DNA of 64,000 nucleotides from Squalus acanthias (Eukaryota): assembly GCA_030390025.1 (NCBI GenBank), contig CM059432.1, positions 93,560,001 to 93,624,000 on the forward strand, in the 5' to 3' direction. How positions within the stretch are numbered: position 1 is the stretch's first letter; each line of letters starts with the position of its first letter. Shown here piece by piece: positions 13,841 through 26,877 of the stretch. The notes under the pieces were generated by a model that did no database searches, was not told the DNA's origin, and saw only the letters and a program-made list of their open reading frames with translations. The position numbers and the translations under genes are program-made.

Positions 13841-14449
13841 CCATGAGTGCCAGTTGCCTACTAATACCTGATGCACGTAACGATTCATCATATGTGCTCC
13901 TGGCTAGTAAACTCAGCAGAAAATTTAATCGCGGATATCAGAAGTCAAGCTGGATCTTGTACTAACCAAATGTCCACAAACTCTCCAGCTATGGTCACTG
14001 AGCAGGGCCCAAAAATGGGATCATTGGCCAATTCTTCCTTTCCCTAGCCCAGGAATGCTGAAGATAACCGTAGAGCCTCCATTATTTACCCGACAGAGAT
14101 CTCAACTCAGCACAAACCGTGGGTCAAGCGCAGGAAACTTCCTAGTTAATATGGCTCAGAAACATACAGCAATGTTTTGTAACGGTTGCAGTAGAAACAG
14201 TTAACATTCTATTCTGAACTATTATTTGAATAATCTGATCACTCAGCTATTCACTAACTGAACAACAAAGGGACCAAAAATCTGATGTTTTTTTTGATAA
14301 CATGCCTGTTCTTTTTGTCAAGATAAATGAACCAACAGAATTGCTGCTCGAGAATATAATTTTAATAGAAATAACTGGAAAAAAAAAAATCATAATGGAC
14401 CTAAAATAATGATGCTTTAACAATTCTGAAGCAACTAATTTTTTTTTAT

Positions 14450-14995
14450 ATTTGTTCATGGGATGTGGGCATCACTGGGAAGGCCAGCATTTATTACCCA
14501 TCCCTAATTGCCCTCGAGAAGGTGGTGGTGAGCCACCTTCTTGAACCGCTACAGTCCGTGCGGTGAAGGTACTCCCACAGTGCTGTTAGGGAGGGAGTTC
14601 CAGGATTTTGACCCAGCTATGATGAAGGAACGGCGATATACTTCCAAGTCAGGATGGTGTGTGACTTGGAGGGGAACTTGGAGGTGGTGGTGTTCCCATG
14701 TGCCTGCTGCCCTTGTCCTTCTCGGTGAAAGAGGTCGCGAGTTTGGGAGGTGCTGCCGAAGAAGCCTTGGTGAGTTGCTGCAGTGCATCTTGTAGATGGT
14801 ACACACTGCAGCCACGGTACACCGGTGGTGGAGGGAGTGAATGTTTAAGGTGGTGGATAGGGTGCCAATCAAGCGGGCTGCTTTGTCCTGGATGGTGTCG
14901 AGCTTCTTGAGTGTTGTTGGAGCTGCACTCATCAAGGCAAGTGGAGAGTATTCCATCACACTCCTTACTTGTGCCTTGTAGATGGTGGAAAGGTG
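14450..14995 (-). mobile_element. Non-LTR LINE family B, 3' fragment
   Basis: ORF 14549-14959 (MEYSPL..KKLDTIQDKAARLIG) is nearly identical to 52170-52625. Confidence 0.9.
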
Positions 14996-15209
14996 GAATG
15001 TGCTACTAAACCAGTAGAAGTGCCAGAATGTTGGTTAATCCAACTGTGGAGTGCTGAACAATAATAGAAAATACCCCATCCGCAAAGAAAATCAGGTTAC
15101 CAATCAGGCTCTGCAATTTCTGTTGAATTTGGAGTGTTGCGAGGTACATTTTTGGTGGTGGGGGAGGGGGGTGAAAGTAACCCCCAAATATGCATAGTTG
15201 CTCATAGGT

Positions 15210-15802
15210 GAACCGCTGCAGTCCATGTGGTGAAGGTACTCCCACAGTACTGTTAGGTAGGGAGTTCCAGAATTTTGACCCAGCAACAATAAACGAATGG
15301 CGATATTAATCTATGTCAGGTTGGTGTGTGACTTGGAGGGGAATGTGGAGGTGATGGTGCTCCCATGCACCTGCTGCCCTTGTTTTTCTAGGTGGTGGAT
15401 GTCACTGGTTTGAGGGGTGCTGTCGAAGAAGCCTTGGTGACTTTCAGCAGCATATCCTGTAGATAGTACAAACTGTTGCCACACTACACCGATGATGGAG
15501 GTGGTGGACTAGATGTCGATCAAGCGGACTGCTTTGCCCTGGATGGTGTTGAGCTTCTAGAGTGTTGTTGGAGCTGCACCAGGCAAGTGGAGAGTATTCC
15601 ATCACACTCCTGACTTGTGCCTTGTAAGTGATGGTGAGCATTTGGGGAGTCAGGAGATGAGCCACTTGCCACAGAACACCCAGCCTTTAAACTGCTCTAG
15701 TAGCCATGGCATTTGTGTCCAGTCCACAAAAAGCAGGCCAAATCCAACCATGCCAATTATCACTCTAATTTGCCTACTCCCAATCATCAGCAAAGTGATG
15801 GC
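15210..15802 (-). mobile_element. Older family-B LINE fragment with a short inverted segment at 15712-15802
   Basis: Diverged match to the 52.2-52.7 kb region; the + strand piece resembles VHKKQDKSNPAN...IISKVM. Confidence 0.8.
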
Positions 15803-16834
15803 AGGAGACAAAAAAAAACTCTGCATGACTCACTTCTGTCACTACCGTGGTTTGTGAAGCTTACTAACTCCAAGTCTAAGGTGTAATACTTTGCGATTTT
15901 ACTGTGCAGCTGTGGAATGCTGCATAAGTTTCCCATTAATAACCCTGACTAGTTATTTAAAAAATGTCCTCCTTCCAGCCACTTCTCATAAATGTTCCAA
16001 AGTCCACTTTTGGAGAAATGGTCAGAACAGTACTAAACAGATGAATATCCATTAGCATTTCCTGCTTACATTCTACTTTTTAAACTCCGCTATATTTTTG
16101 CATAATTAGAAAAGTCCGAAATTTCTGCACCATAGTTGGCAGATTTTCACAAAGAAGTAAAACAAAAACAGACAAGTAACAATTAGAATATGGTACTTGG
16201 CCATTTTGCCATGTTCTTCAATAGTATCAACTTATTTCAGTGGCCATTACTTCCATATAAATCAAAACAGTTTCCTCTGGCCAAGAATGCTACCCTCCAA
16301 AAAAAGGAGAACTGATAGAATACAACCTGAACTCTCATAATTTTTCACATTTTAGCTTGTTGGACAGAGTTTATAATCAATTTCAATATTTGAATAAAGA
16401 GAATTGTTTCAATAGTTTTACTGCTACTCATCTCAAAAGAAGAAAGATTATTTTAAGAAAAGTGACAACTTAAAATTCAATTAGCTCACAACCAAAAATG
16501 TGGGTCATTAATGACTAGAAAGAATAATTGAAATTGCATCTAGCAAGATTTATTGCACAAATTAAGTAAACTGTTATTCCGATATAAGTGTGCACATACA
16601 TTTTCACACTTTAATTAAAATGTAGGGAAAGCCACTCAATTTTCTCCTTCCTCAGTGAAAGCACAGATGCGTATCAGAAATTATAATGCCAATTCTTGTT
16701 TCAAAAATCTATGGAATTAGTAAAATAATTAGACACAACATCAAAATTGTAATCTTACCGTCCATTGCCATTATGTATTCTCTATTATTTGGTAATGTAA
16801 TTTTATACAGTACAAGAGTTGACATCAAACATAC

Positions 16835-16898
16835 CTTGTGTTTCTGTTAACAGTAGCGTAGCAATAAAATGCAGTCTGCCCGCCTGATGCAAAGCCAT
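16835..16898 (-). CDS. Candidate first coding exon (MALHQAGRLHFIATLLLTETQ, phase 1) of an unidentified host gene
   Basis: Good Kozak context (GAGGCATGG) and AG|GTATGT donor in non-repetitive DNA; no homology recognised. Confidence 0.25.
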
Positions 16899-17573
16899 GC
16901 CTCCCTGTTCACCCTCTGTGGGTCTAAGAGATTCTGCAATGATTCATCTCCTCTACCTCCAACACTATCAGTTTAATGGTTCTGCAGCTGCAGGTTTCAA
17001 TCAGTAGGAGCTGAACAAACACCAGCACTGTACTTGAAGGGACTGGATCAATTACACTGGATCTTCTGACAGCCCAAAATTGCTTTTCCTGATGTCCAGC
17101 CACAGACAGCTTTAATAATTGCAACTCAAATATGTTGCTGAAATGTCAATAGTGAGGCATAGTGATGGACCAAAGCCTGGCAGCTGCACTTCTCAATTTT
17201 CATCAATGAACGAATGAGTGAACTTGCATTTATATAGGATTTAATATACAACAGGCAAATTATGTTTTTAAGTAGTAGCACCGAGCTGATGCATGTGTAT
17301 GTGCACTCACACGTACATACATTCCAATAATCTATAATTTAACTCTTGCAAGCACCAAATGGACTTAGAATCATAGAATGTTATAACTCAGAAACTGGCC
17401 CATCAAGTCTGTGGGTTTTTTCTGCATGAGGCACCAAGTCAAAACTCACTCTCCTGCTCTCTCCCAGTATCCTTCAATATTCCTCTTTTTCAAGCAACTA
17501 TCTGATTTCCTTTCAAAAGATATTATGGACTCAGCATCACCCAATTTTATTAGGGGATTTCCACATTCTTACC

Positions 17574-18345
17574 CAGTGTTGTCCAATACGTTAGCCACTA
17601 GTCACATGTGGCTAATTGGGAATCCAGATGTAGCTACTGCATTTTTGATTAGCAAATTTAAAAAAATGAATAACGGACACTGTTGTAGGGCATGCGATCT
17701 CAATACTCATTCGCACAGCACATGCATGTACACTTTAATTATTTTGTGTGTTAGTTGGTAAAGTGGCAAGACGAGAAACAGAGTGCGAGAGTGTTTTTTG
17801 ATCATTGTGTGTACTTTTCTTCCTTGGCTACTGCTTATTGGTTATCTGCTAAAATGTTGTGTAACACAAGTGAAAATTTCAGCACCAGTATGGATCAGGG
17901 AACGGTCATCGTGGTCAGCTCGACCAATCAGAATAACTGCTGGTCAGAAGACAGCAAGCCCAACCAATAACAAGCAGCTGCAACAGGGCACGTCATGGCA
18001 AAGGCAAGCAACATCCAGCCGCATTCTGGACAGAGAGCGGGGCGGGTCTGGTGCATCTCATCGAGTCAACATTCTCAGTAATCGCACTGATACAGTTAAA
18101 ATACTGCTCATAATTGCTGGACAAAAATCTAGAAGTTTCACTAGGATGTGCTGTGCCTGATAAGTTTATGCCAGAATTGCAAACTTTGGTGAAAGAGGAA
18201 GGCTACCGTGTTTCGCACTGAATGGTGGTAGCAGTTTAAGTAAATATACACATGACATGCATTTACCTGTATTGTGTGTAAGGCACTTACTATTAAAAGT
18301 GCATGTGGCTAAAATGGTGTTGCTGTATCCATGCCTGTGGCTAGT
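17574..18345. mobile_element. Possible hAT-Charlie (MER3/MER33-like) non-autonomous DNA transposon
   Basis: Starts CAGTGTTGTCCAATACGTTAGCCACTAGTCACATGTGGCTA; GTGGCTA motifs recur near 18300-18345; right terminus unclear. Confidence 0.5.
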
Positions 18346-18494
18346 GAGCAATTTTGAATCATACAGCACAGAAGGATACTATTCACCCCATTGTACCTGT
18401 GCCAGCTTTTTGAAAGAGCTATCCAATTAGTCCCACTCCCATGCTCTTTCCTATAGCTCTGCAAATTTTTATAGAAACACAAACACACACACCT

Positions 18495-18712
18495 ACCCTG
18501 CTCTTCTTCAAACTAGTGCCACGCAATTTTTTACGTCCACCCCCTCGGTTTAATGTCTCATCTGAAAGACTGCAAATCCAATAGTGCAGCACTCACTCAG
18601 TATTGCATTGAAATGTCAGTAGATTTTGTACTCAAGTCTCTGGAGTGGGACTTGCACGCACAACCTTTGGACTCAGGTAAGAGTGGTACCACTGATCCAA
18701 GGCCAACACCTA
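18495..18712 (-). mobile_element. Old tRNA-headed SINE fragment (DeuSINE/SacSINE1-like)
   Basis: Similar to 33830-34035 (ggtttaatgtctcatctgaaagac, cagcactcactcagtattgcattg). Confidence 0.6.
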
Positions 18713-19361
18713 CCTCACCTTGCAAATTCCTTAAATCATTACTACATTTTCCCCACTGATGTTACATCATTCTTTGCCAAAAATAGAGTTCAGATCACAA
18801 AATACAAACATGACTCCTATTACATATTAATCTATAAATATAAGTTTATTTTTGAAATAGATTATTAATTAGCATTGAAAATCATTACAATATCATAACT
18901 GAGTAATAGGTATGTGGCAAAAGCAAAGAATTAGAGGAATTTAGAAGACCCTAGGCATGTTAGAAATTGAATCAGTCAAGATGTTAGCATCAGATTAATG
19001 AATGTTAATATCTCAAACAGACCCTAATCATTAATATAAACCCATCCCAGCCATAATAGGTAATTAAAGCAATGGGTATAACAAACAGCAGTTAAAATAG
19101 AAAGAAGCTTAACATCAGTTAACAGTCGAAACCGCATATACTCCAGAGATTTAAAAGCAAGCCCACAGAATCAATAATGCTGACGTGGTCTTACTGATCC
19201 TCTCATTTGTGAGTCACATGTCACTGACATATTTCAGGCTCATGACTGATGTGAAGCTTGAACCTGTGAAAGAACTCCCAGGACACATGACTGGTACTCA
19301 GACTTTGATAACTTGCTGTACATTGTAAAGCTGATCAGGTGAACATTAAGTAGACTATACA

Positions 19362-20187
19362 GCGTCAGGGTCCTTCCAGGGATCAGCAGCAGACATTAGC
19401 GGAATCTCCCAGTCGGCTGCACACAGATGCATAACACAGGTTACCAATACCCTGTTTGCCAAGTCGGCCAATTACATCCACTTCTCAACGGATGAAGCAA
19501 GTGTTACCGTGCGGGCGGTTGGGTTTGCCAATATGGCAGGCTTCCCAAGGGTGCAGGGTGTCATCGACTGCACACATGGCCATCAGGGCACCCCATCACA
19601 ACCCAGCTGTATTTGTGAACCGCGAGGGCTTCCACTCCCTTAAAGTCCAGCTGGTGTGTAACCACAGGAAGAACATTATGCATGTTTGCGCCAAGTTCCC
19701 TGGCAGTTGCCATGACTCGTTCATCCTGCGGCAGTCTACTGTGCCTCAGCTCTTCAATCCGCCAACCCAACTTTCCGGATGGCTACTTGGAGACAAGGGC
19801 TATCTCCTGAAGAGGAGGTCATCAAACGAAGCTGAGGAGCGCTGCAATGAGAGCCACATTTCCACCAGAAGCATCATGGAGCAAACCATAGGCTTGCTTA
19901 AAATGCGCTTCAGATGCCTGGACAGATCTGGTGGAGCCCTAGAGTACGCACCAGCTAGGGTGTCCAGAATCATCGTAGTCTGCTGTGCCCTGCACAACAT
20001 CGCACTGCTGCCGCTGCCTGAGGAACAAGTGGCACAGCCTCCTCCTTCTCAGAGGAGGAGCCGAAATAAGGCTGCAGATGAGGAACACCTGGCGGAGGCG
20101 CCTGTCCCAGTTCTACCAGCACATGAGCATATTGCTGGCCATGAGGCAAGGGATGGACGAATCCATGCCAGATTCGCAGGTAGATAA
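19362..20187 (+). pseudogene. PIF/Harbinger DDE transposase (HARBI1-like) relic
   Basis: Two frames give ASGSFQ...GVIDCTH / AIRAP...[11 protein letters not shown]...LLGDKGY...[16 protein letters not shown]...CCALHNIA; frameshift near 19575; N-terminus absent. Confidence 0.92.
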
Positions 20188-20920
20188 ATGGTAGGATACC
20201 GAGAAGTGTAGAGGAACAGAGGGACCTTGGAGTGCATGTCCACAGATCACTGAAGGTAGCAGGACAGGTAGATAAGGTGGTTAAGAAGGCATACAGGATA
20301 CTTTCTTTTATTAGCCGAGGCATAGAATATAAGAGCAGGGAGGTTATTCTTGAACTGTATAAAACACTAGTTAGGCCACAGCTAGAGCACTGTGTACAGT
20401 TCTGGTCACCACATTACAGGAAAGATGTGATTGCACGAGAGAGGGTATGGAGGAGATTTACGAGGATGTTGCCAGAATTTTAGCTATGAGGAAAGATTGG
20501 ATAGGCTGGGGTTGTTTTCTTTGGAACAGAGCAGGCTGAGGGGAGACTTGATTGTGGTGTATAAAATTATGAGGGGCCTAGATAGAGTGGAGAGGAAGGA
20601 CCTATTTCCCCGAGCAGCGAGGTCAATAACCAGGGGGCATAGATTTAAAGTAATTGGTAGAAGGATTAGAGGGGAGTTGGAGAACTTTTCTCACCCAGAG
20701 GGTGGTGGTGGTCTGGAACTCACTACCTAAAAGGGTGGTAGAGGCAGAAACGCTCATCACATTTAAAAAGTACTTGGATATCCACTTGAAGTGCCGTAAC
20801 CTACAAGGCAACAGACGAAGAGCTGGAAAGTGGGATTAGGATGGATAGCTCTTTTTCGGCCAGCACAGACATGATGGGTCAAATGGCTTCTTTCTGTGCT
20901 GTAAATTTCTATGATTCTAT
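20188..20920 (+). mobile_element. 5'-truncated CR1 LINE
   Basis: LYKTLVRPQLEHCVQFWSPHY motif; tail ttctatgattctat. Confidence 0.92.
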
Positions 20921-20924
20921 AAAT

Positions 20925-22575
20925 CACAGGGAATACAACCCTAGTTTGTGTAATATTGCCTTGTAATTTAACCCTTGGAGTCCAGGTATCATTCTAGTAA
21001 ATCTACGCAGCACTCCCTCCAAGACAAATATATCCTTCCCAAGGTGTGGTGCCCAGAACTGAACACAGTACTCCAGGTATGGTCTAACCAGGGCTTTGTA
21101 TAGCTGCAGCAAGACTTCAAACCCCTTTTATTCTCGTCCTCCAGATATAAAGCCACCATTCCATTAGTCTTTTTGATTTTTTTTTACCTGTCCATGATAT
21201 TTTAATATTCTATGTACATGGAGCCCCAAGTCTCTTTCACTGCTTCTAGCTTTTCACCATTTAGAAAGTACTCTGATCTATTCTTTTTAGGTCCAAAGTA
21301 GATGACCTCACACTTGCCTACATTGAAATCTATTTGCCAGTTTTGCCCACTCATTTAATCTATTAATATCTCTGTAATTTTATGCTTCCATCTACGCTGC
21401 TTACAATGCCGCCTATCTTTGTGTCATCGGCAAACTTGGATATGCGGCTCTCTATCCCGTCATCCAAGTCGTTGATAAATACGGTGAATAGTTGAGGCCC
21501 CAACACAGATCCTTGCAGGACACCACTAGTCACATCCTGCCAATTAGAGTACCTGCCCATTATCCCTACTCTGTCTCCTGCTGCTCAGCCAATCTCCTAA
21601 CCAGGTCAATAATTTGCCCTTAGTTCCTTGAACTTCAACTTTAGCTAACAGTCTCTTGAGAGAATTTATTAAATGCCTTCTGGAAGTCTATATAAATAAC
21701 ATCCGTAGACATTCCCCAGTCCACTACTTTAGTCTCCTCTTCAAAACATTCAATCAGGTTCGTCAGGCATGACCTACCCTTTAAAAATCCACGCTGGCTC
21801 TCGTTGATCAGCTGAAAATTTTCAAGGTGTTCAGTCACTCCATCCTTAATTATAGACTCCAGTAATTTCCCGACAACAGATGTTAGACAAACCGGTCTAC
21901 AATTCCCTGGTTTCCCTCTCTCACCTTTCTTAAATAGCAGAGTGCCATATGCAATTTTCCAATCTAAAGGAACAGTTCCTGCATCAAGAGAACTTTGGAA
22001 GATCATAGTTAGGGCATCTGCAATCTTCTCACCTACTTCCTTTAAAACCCTGGGATGAAAACTATCCAGTCCTGGGGATTTGTCACTCTTTAGTGACATT
22101 ATTTTCTTCATTACTGTTAATTTGCTCATGTTAATTTTGGTGAGTCCCTGTCCCTGATTCAATATTCTTTTCCTTGGGCTGTCCGGCATGCTATCCTCTT
22201 CCTCTACTGTAAATACTGACGCAAAGTATTAACATGTTCTCCATTTCCTTATTTTCATTTATATCACCAGTCAGTTTTTAAGGGATCCACATTGCTCTTA
22301 GCCACCCTCTTTTTCCTAATATAATTGTAATTTTTTTTGTGTTGCTTTTGAAATCCCTTGCAAGTTTCTTTTCATACTCCCTTTTTGTAGCTCTTATTAT
22401 CTGTTTTGTCACCCTTTGCATCTCTCCAATTCGCCAGGATCTGTGCTATTGTTTCCTTTAGTTTTATGTTCTTTCTTAACTTTTTCAGTTGTCCATGGCT
22501 GGTTTTTTTGGAAAGTAGAGTTCTTGCCCCTTAGGGGTATAAACTGGTTCTATATCACATTACATTTTTTTTTGA
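20925..22575 (-). mobile_element. CR1 LINE ORF2 internal fragment
   Basis: KSPGLDSFHPRVLKE, GSVLGP, KFADD and LVRPYLEYCVQFW motifs, frameshifted. Confidence 0.9.
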
Positions 22576-23350
22576 ACACCTCTCACTGATCTTCTGTCGT
22601 TTCACCCATTATCATTAATCAGACTATTCTGTCTTTCCTATTGATCTTTATTTTAAAATCTCAATTGGCCTCATTTAAGAAAACACTTTTTTTTTTAAAT
22701 AATAGAAAGCTGTCCAATATTTCATAGTGGCATGATATTGGTTAATAACAATTTTTGGAGAAAAAAGCTACTCAGAATTTTTATGGATTACTTAAAGTTT
22801 ATGACTGCACAGAGTTTCTCCTGTATTAGTCTTGATTTAATGCTTTCTTGAGTACTGTATATTGCTTGCTTAAATATGGTTTTACCTTAATTCATTCGCC
22901 ATTTCATTCCTAAGTGGTCCCAGTCATCCCCAAATTAACTACATTTATTGGCTGTAATGGTTTTGTTTTGGTTTGTGTGTCAAACTAAAGTAAAAATGGG
23001 TATAAATTTCAGTGCACTGTTGCAAGTGCTGCCCTATGACCCTATCCTAAATCTCGGGGACTGGGTCATTAACATATTGAGGGTGGCAGCAGAACAGAGC
23101 CACCTACACAACAGAAACGGACAGTCTGCTGCTCCGAAGGAGAGTTCAGCAGCTCAGTCGGGCCAAAGATTTGAGCATTGCTTACAGTGCAGATATTAAA
23201 AGTTTTGCTTCCATGCAGGCAGGCCCCAAAATTTTCTGGTGGGGCCTGCATTTGGTCCAGAACAGAATCTATGCCTGATCTTCACAGATGTAGGTACCGC
23301 TGGGCCTATCTGAGTGTATCAGGCAGGAATCTCTGGGTAGCCTGGTAATA

Positions 23351-23780
23351 ACATAGAAACATAGAATCTAGGAGCAGGAGTAGGCCATTCGGCCCGTCGA
23401 GCCTGCTCCACCATTCAATACGATCATGGCTGATCATCCAAATCCAGTACCCTGTCCCTGCTTTAATCCCCACAGTACACATATCCCACCCTACCCCCGT
23501 AACCCCACGTATTTAATTCCCCCTAACATATCCCATCCTATCCCCATAACCCCACATATTTAATCCACCCCTAACACTAAGGGTCAATTTATCATAGCCA
23601 AATCAACCTAACCCGCACATTTTTGGACTGTGGGAGGAAACCGGAGCACCCGGAGGAAACCCACGCAAACACGGGGAGAATGTGCAAACTCCACACAGAC
23701 AGTCACCCGAGGTCAGATTCGAACCCGGGTCCCTGGCGCTGTGAGGCACCAGTGCTAACCACTATGCCACCGTGTTGCCC
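23351..23780 (-). mobile_element. HE1-like V-SINE (tRNA head, central domain, CR1/HER1-type tail)
   Basis: Minus strand: box A-like GGCATAGTGG and box B GGTTCGAATC; TGTGTGGAGTTTGCACATTCTCCCCGTG core; 3' tail shared with local CR1 tails. Confidence 0.85.
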
Positions 23781-24186
23781 ACCCACCTCTGCTTTTTCAG
23801 AGTTTGCTGTTTCTTTCTGAATCCAGCGGATCCAGGTTCTGCTCCAAATTCCAGTGCCTTTACCCATGTACTACACCACAATTTCACCCCAAGGAGTGAC
23901 TTTTCTGAGCTAAGGTCTTTTACTAAACTGGAGAGCTTGGTCATGACAGTTTAGTAAACGATTTTTTTTCTGCAACTTCATGCACAGGGCAAAACATACC
24001 CCACTGAGTTTAAAAAAGGTCTGGGGCCAGTAAACCCACGGTTTCTCCTCCTCCGAATACTCAATCTATGATGGTGTCATTTATCTCACCCTTTGTATGC
24101 TGCTTCATTATGTCCCATTTGGTTTTTTTTTTATTTCATTTGCCTCCAGGAATGCAATGCTTTATTGAAAATTGGATGACTAGATA

Positions 24187-24508
24187 AGAACATAAGACGT
24201 AGGAGCAGGAGTAAGTCATTTGGCCTCTCGAGCCTGCTCCGCCATTCAATAAGATCATGGCTGATCTGATCTTGGCCTCAACTCCACTTCCCTGCCCGCT
24301 CCCCATAACCCTTTACTCCCTTACCTTTCAAAAATCTGTCTGTCTCCACCTTAAATATATTCAATGACCCAGCCTCCACAGCTCTCTGGGAAAGAGAATT
24401 CCAAAGATTCACAACCCTCAGAGAAGAAATTCCTCCTCATTTCCAATTTAAAAGGGTGCCCCCTTATTCTGAAATTATGCCCCTAGTTCTAGATTCCCCC
24501 ACGAGGGA
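24187..24508 (-). mobile_element. CR1/HER1 3'-end fragment
   Basis: Reverse complement of the tail seen at 48170-48473. Confidence 0.9.
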
Positions 24509-24543
24509 ATTATTAACATGATTACCTCTGTCATAGAGTCATA

Positions 24544-25389
24544 GGAGGAAAAATTCGGTTGATTAGCGCCTCCCGTTAGCGCCCGGGCGCAGTGATGTTT
24601 GTGCTGCTCACGAAATTGACCAGACATTTTGCGGCGGCGCTAAACACTACCGCCACAATCTCCTGCGCCCGCAGATCGTGACGTCAGTCGAGCGTGCAAC
24701 GCCCCGGACCAGATATTGAGTGGCACCCCCTGCCTTTCCACCTGCCGCTAGCAATGACAGGTAGAGGGGAACGTTTTGCAGTCGGGAAGGGACTGGGGGA
24801 GCGCTATTTAAAGGCGGCCGCTTCCTGACTTTTTTTGTCGGCGACATTTTTACACCACGCATTCTGAGAGAGAGAGACAGACAGACACTTCTGGAGAGAT
24901 TCAACACTGTATGAAGGAGTTTTGGGTACTGAGCATCACTTTGCAGGTTCATTTTGATTTGACCTTTCTTGCATCGATTTAGAAGAGACTTGCGGGTTGC
25001 ACTCTGAGCTCTTACCCTGGGCCTCTCCATTGTTCTTTCCAATAGAATTGATGTACAGGCCTCTCCAGGCCGAGATTCAAGGCTGCAATGAGCAGGGTGT
25101 GGCTGGAGAGCAAGATCGACCCTCCCCTTTAAGAACTGGCCGGCGCCAGTGTGTCTGTGTTCCATTGCTAACTGACATCACATGAGCTTCGCCAGCGCTC
25201 TGAGGTAGCGCCTCGCTCCTCGGCGTTAGCGCCTTGAGAGGTGTGTAGCGCCTGATTTAGCGCTCAAATCAACTCCAGGGGCGATAGAAGCCAAGTTTGC
25301 AGTCGGAGGCAATAATTAGCGTCAGGCGTTAAACTTTGTGCCCGGCTGATAATTGCGCCCCAAACGGGACGATACCGAATTTCTCCCCC
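24544..25389. mobile_element. Harbinger-type MITE inserted in a CR1 tail
   Basis: TIRs GGAGGAAAAATTCGGT / ACCGAATTTCTCCCCC (14/16 match); ATA TSD; many TAGCGC subterminal motifs. Confidence 0.85.
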
Positions 25390-26342
25390 ATAGAGTCATA
25401 ACGGCACAGAAGGAGGCCATTCGGCCCATCGAGTCTGTGCCAGCTCTCTGTAGAGCAATCCAGTCAGTCCCATTCCCCCGCTCTATCCCCGTAGCCCTGC
25501 AAGTTTATTTCCCTCAAGTGACTATCCAGTCTCCCCTTGAAAACATGGAGTGTCTCCGCTTCCATCGGCATCGAATTCCAGGTCATCACCACTCACTGTT
25601 TAAAAAGGTTTTTCCTCACATCCCCCCATATCTCTTGCCCAAATCCTTAAATCTGTGTCCCCTCGTCCTTGTACCATCAACTAGTGGGAACAGCCTTTCC
25701 CCGTCTAGCCTATCCTAACCCGTCATAATCTTGTACACCTCTATCAAATCACCTCTCAACCTCCTTTGCTCTAATGAGAACAAATCCAGCTTCTCCAACC
25801 TGTCCTTGTAGCTAAGATCCCCCATTCCCAGAACCATTCTGGTAAATCTCCTCTGCACCCTCTCAAGGGCCTTCATATCCTTCCTAAAGTGTGGTGACCA
25901 GAACTGGACGCAATACTCCAGTTGTGGCCTAAACAGTGCTTTATAAAGGTTCAGCATAATGTCTCTACTTTTGTACTCAATACCTCTATTTATGAAACCC
26001 AAGATCCCATATGCTTTGCTAACCACTCAATATATCCTGCCACCTTCAGGGACCTATGCACATTAACTCTCAGGTCCCTCTGTCCCTGCACACTCTTTAA
26101 AACTGTGCCATGAAGTGTATATTGCCTCTCCCTGTTCCTTCTGCCAAAATGCATCACCTCACACTTCTCTGTATTAAATTCCATCTGCCACTTGTCTGCC
26201 CATTCTGCTAGCCTTTCTATGTCCTGTTGCAGTCAATTGGTATCATCATCACTGTTTGCAACACCCCCAAGTTTGGTGTAATCAGCAAATATAGAAATTC
26301 TACTCTGTATTCCAATATCCAGGTCATTTATATATATCAAAA
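25390..26342 (-). mobile_element. 5'-truncated CR1 LINE, same subfamily as 10470-11897; tail end displaced to 24530-24543
   Basis: ORFs 25715-26184 are nearly identical to 10885-11755. Confidence 0.92.
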
Positions 26343-26877
26343 AATTGTATTTAAGATATCTGCTAATAAATTGAACTAACAAATATATTCTGGTTGGCTC
26401 ATTTTCTTTTACTTCCTTTTTGCATTTTTTTTCCTTTTTAAGTAATTCCCTCTACCTTGGTGCATATAGCCTTTTCCAATGCTGCTCGGAGGTTGCGAGA
26501 TAACAATCTAGGCCAACTCACCTACTCTTTCTTCTTTCCAGTTGATATGGCTAAGAATTGGAGCTTGCCATAGGGAAAGCTGAGCTCACCTATTAGGACT
26601 GGTAGAGTACTGTAAGAATAGGTAGCCCATAACTTTTAAGGTACTGTATTACTTTATTTCTTCAAGCATCTGGTGTACATGCAATTAACATATCATGGTT
26701 TCACATATTTAATAGAAATTCATTCTGAACAGGTGACTTCTTTTGATGTCTTTTTTGAAATTGGGTTCTCAAGTACATTCTTGTTTTACGAAGCTATTAC
26801 ACTGACAAATTTTATGGAACTTTTATACTTGTGCAAATTCACATTCTATAAAGCAATTGTATGATTATAAAATATAT

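Noticed and set aside
19456..20187. Domesticated HARBI1 host gene
   Set aside because: Frameshift next to the first catalytic motif, apparent deletion after GDKGY, missing N-terminus
23700..23780. tRNA gene (also 55230-55298)
   Set aside because: Box A/B motifs are heads of retroelements; no complete cloverleaf or terminator
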